A stretch of DNA of 56,127 bases, counting the filler, from Platydemus manokwari (Eukaryota), in the NCBI GenBank assembly GCA_037951405.1. It is 5 parts of 5 records of this genome, joined end to end, with 100 filler letters (N's around TTAATTAATTAA, not from the genome) between each part and the next. Parts side by side here need not be neighbours in the genome. Positions count along the whole stretch, not along the records: positions 44,542 to 56,127 come from JBBMOY010583328.1; 4 more parts are not named here. The stretch is one strand, 5' to 3'. The notes beneath the pieces are model-generated. The model was not told the origin of the DNA, made no database searches, and saw only the letters and a list, made by a program, of their open reading frames with translations. The first letter of the stretch is position 1, and every line of letters begins with the position of its first letter. The translations under genes were made by a program, and so were the position numbers. Below are positions 54,384-56,127 of this stretch, in pieces.

Positions 54384-54514
54384 CTATCCAAGTAACCCTT
54401 TGTAAACATTAAGTGGTATCTGATTTTCTTTTGGTAGTGACATTGGCAGTGGTTTACCAAAGAAATGAGCATAGGTTCGCTTGTTTTGGATTCCCCACAT
54501 TTTGTATCTCACAT
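54384..54514 (-). CDS. Candidate terminal exon of an unknown gene (xVRYKMWGIQNKRTYAHFFGKPLPMSLPKENQIPLNVYKGLLG*)
   Basis: Pyrimidine-rich acceptor TTACTTTTAG, open frame to TAG, and GC content above the flanks. No family recognised. Confidence 0.4.
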
Positions 54515-54595
54515 CTAAAAGTAACATTGAAACAAGTAAATCAATAATTATAGAACTCATAATCAATAAATTATATCAAACACAAATATATTGAT

Positions 54596-55372
54596 TATTA
54601 GCAGCTATCATTTTCTAAACACGTATCGATAACTAACTGAAAGATTAAGACACCAAAAATCTATTTAAATGCGAATATTTAAATAAATAAATTTAATTTT
54701 ATAAAATATTTGAATGAAAATTTAATTCGTTGAAAATATCTCACATCCCCATTTCTCTAAAACCTTTGTTTTTTTAATTTTTTCTATATCAAGTACTCTA
54801 CACATTCCATTACACGGAAACTCTAATTCTCCTATCCTTTAATATCTTCATCTTCATTTCTATTACATATTCTTTTACGTCTTCTTTTATATCTTCTTTT
54901 ATATCTTCTTTATATCTTTACTTATATCTTCTTTCATATCCCCCATTTATCTCATCTGTAACTTCTTTATGTGCTCCTTATATCTTCTTTTATATCTCAT
55001 TTATATATTCTTTCATATCTTCTTTCGTATCTTCTTTCATATCCCTTTTTATCTCTTCTATAACTTCTTTATGTTCTCCTTATATCTTCTTTATTTGTTC
55101 TCAATATAATCTCGGTATATAATATAATCTCAATATAATCTCTTTCTTCTTTTCTATATTTTTCAGTCGTTGATCATTTCAGAATCCGATCCAGATACGT
55201 GGCGGCCATATTAGCCGCTACCATTTTATTAAACATGCATCGATAACGAACCGGAAAATCAAGACACCAAAAATCTATTTAAATGTGAATATTTAAACAA
55301 ATTAATTTAATTTTATATAAAATAAGAATTAAATTTGAATTAAAAGTTTAATTCCATTAAAAATATCTCACA
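54596..55372 (-). mobile_element. TRIM, copy 2, 777 bp, complete
   Basis: 5' LTR 55372-55209; PBS TGGCCGCCACGT (55208-55197); interior of ~12-bp tandem units (plus strand TTTTATATCTTC); PPT AGAGAAATGGGGA (54758-54746); 3' LTR 54745-54596; perfect TSD TTGAT at 54591-54595 and 55373-55377. Confidence 0.9.
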
Positions 55373-56127
55373 TTGATCAATTAGATTGGTTTTAAAGTAT
55401 TAAGTTTTGCTTTCAATATTTATAAATATCCACGAGAATATGATTCGAGAAAAGGTAGATTTTCGTCAATTAAAACAACAAAATAAATATTAATTATTTT
55501 TAACTTTGGCAATAATTTACCCTAACGTTACCTGTTGAACACTGCCATCAGATCAATATGAGAACGTTAATTAATTTCTTTAAAATCATCAATAGATTTT
55601 CAGTGTATTTCTCAAATTTCTATCAATCAAATTTTGAATTTTCGATTGAAGTAGAAATCCAATAAAATTGAAAAAGACAATTTTAATAAAATTTATAATT
55701 AGAAGTGCGAGCTCTCTGTCATTGGTGATTGAATTTATAATTAATGTTAGCTTGGATATTGGTGGATATCTTGGCTAGTTCAAATAATTAAAATGAATTA
55801 ATTCATTAAAACAACAATTTATATTTTTAATTTAAACATAATTTTTCATTCGATAATAATCCATCTCCCTAAAATAGGATTTGATATTATTTTTAAATAA
55901 AATAAAATTAAATTTAATAATAAAATGATCGATATTAAATTATATTAAATTCAAAATAAAATTAAATTCTAAGTTCATTAATTTTAAATTGATTTTTAAA
56001 TTATTTGATTGATCTATTATAAAAATTTGTAAAAGTGAAAATATAATTAAAAACATTAAAATTAAAAGATCAATAATTCAAATATTTTTTATAACTAAGT
56101 TATCAATAAATAATATACAAATCGATA

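Noticed and set aside
54840-55150. Tandem repeats as a CRISPR-like array
   Set aside because: Degenerate low-complexity units with no unique spacers, in a eukaryotic context, and explained as TRIM interior.

Overview
This is AT-rich eukaryotic (animal) genomic DNA with ~45-60 bp introns and many decayed transposons, most consistent with a freshwater planarian or similar flatworm (inference). It is not one contiguous locus. Four N-TTAATTAATTAA-N spacers of about 100 nt join five pieces: 1-11500, 11601-23027, 23128-32195, 32296-44441 and 44542-56127. Three host genes could be rebuilt by hand: (i) a probably complete 9-exon gene for a secreted protein with two laminin-G-like domains (minus, 83-4797), mostly missed by the ORF track; (ii) the 3' 8 exons of EFHC2/Rib72 (plus, 32797-36996); (iii) ANKUB1 (minus, 44860-48183, with a candidate first exon at 51927-52045). 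Mobile DNA includes Gypsy gag/pol relics, a piggyBac fragment, a probable Copia relic, an RLE-type non-LTR element ending in (TAA)n, a hAT-type MITE, and a TRIM family (two full copies with perfect 5-bp TSDs plus a solo LTR). The most unusual item is a pseudogenised ~2.1 kb viral capsid gene (14131-16240). It joins a Polinton/adintovirus-style PLA2 domain, a ~500-aa unknown linker and a parvovirus-like jelly-roll capsid core. It sits directly downstream of Gypsy RNase H sequence, on a contig that begins with an intronless DEDDh exonuclease fragment. All family assignments come from recalled motifs; no searches were run.
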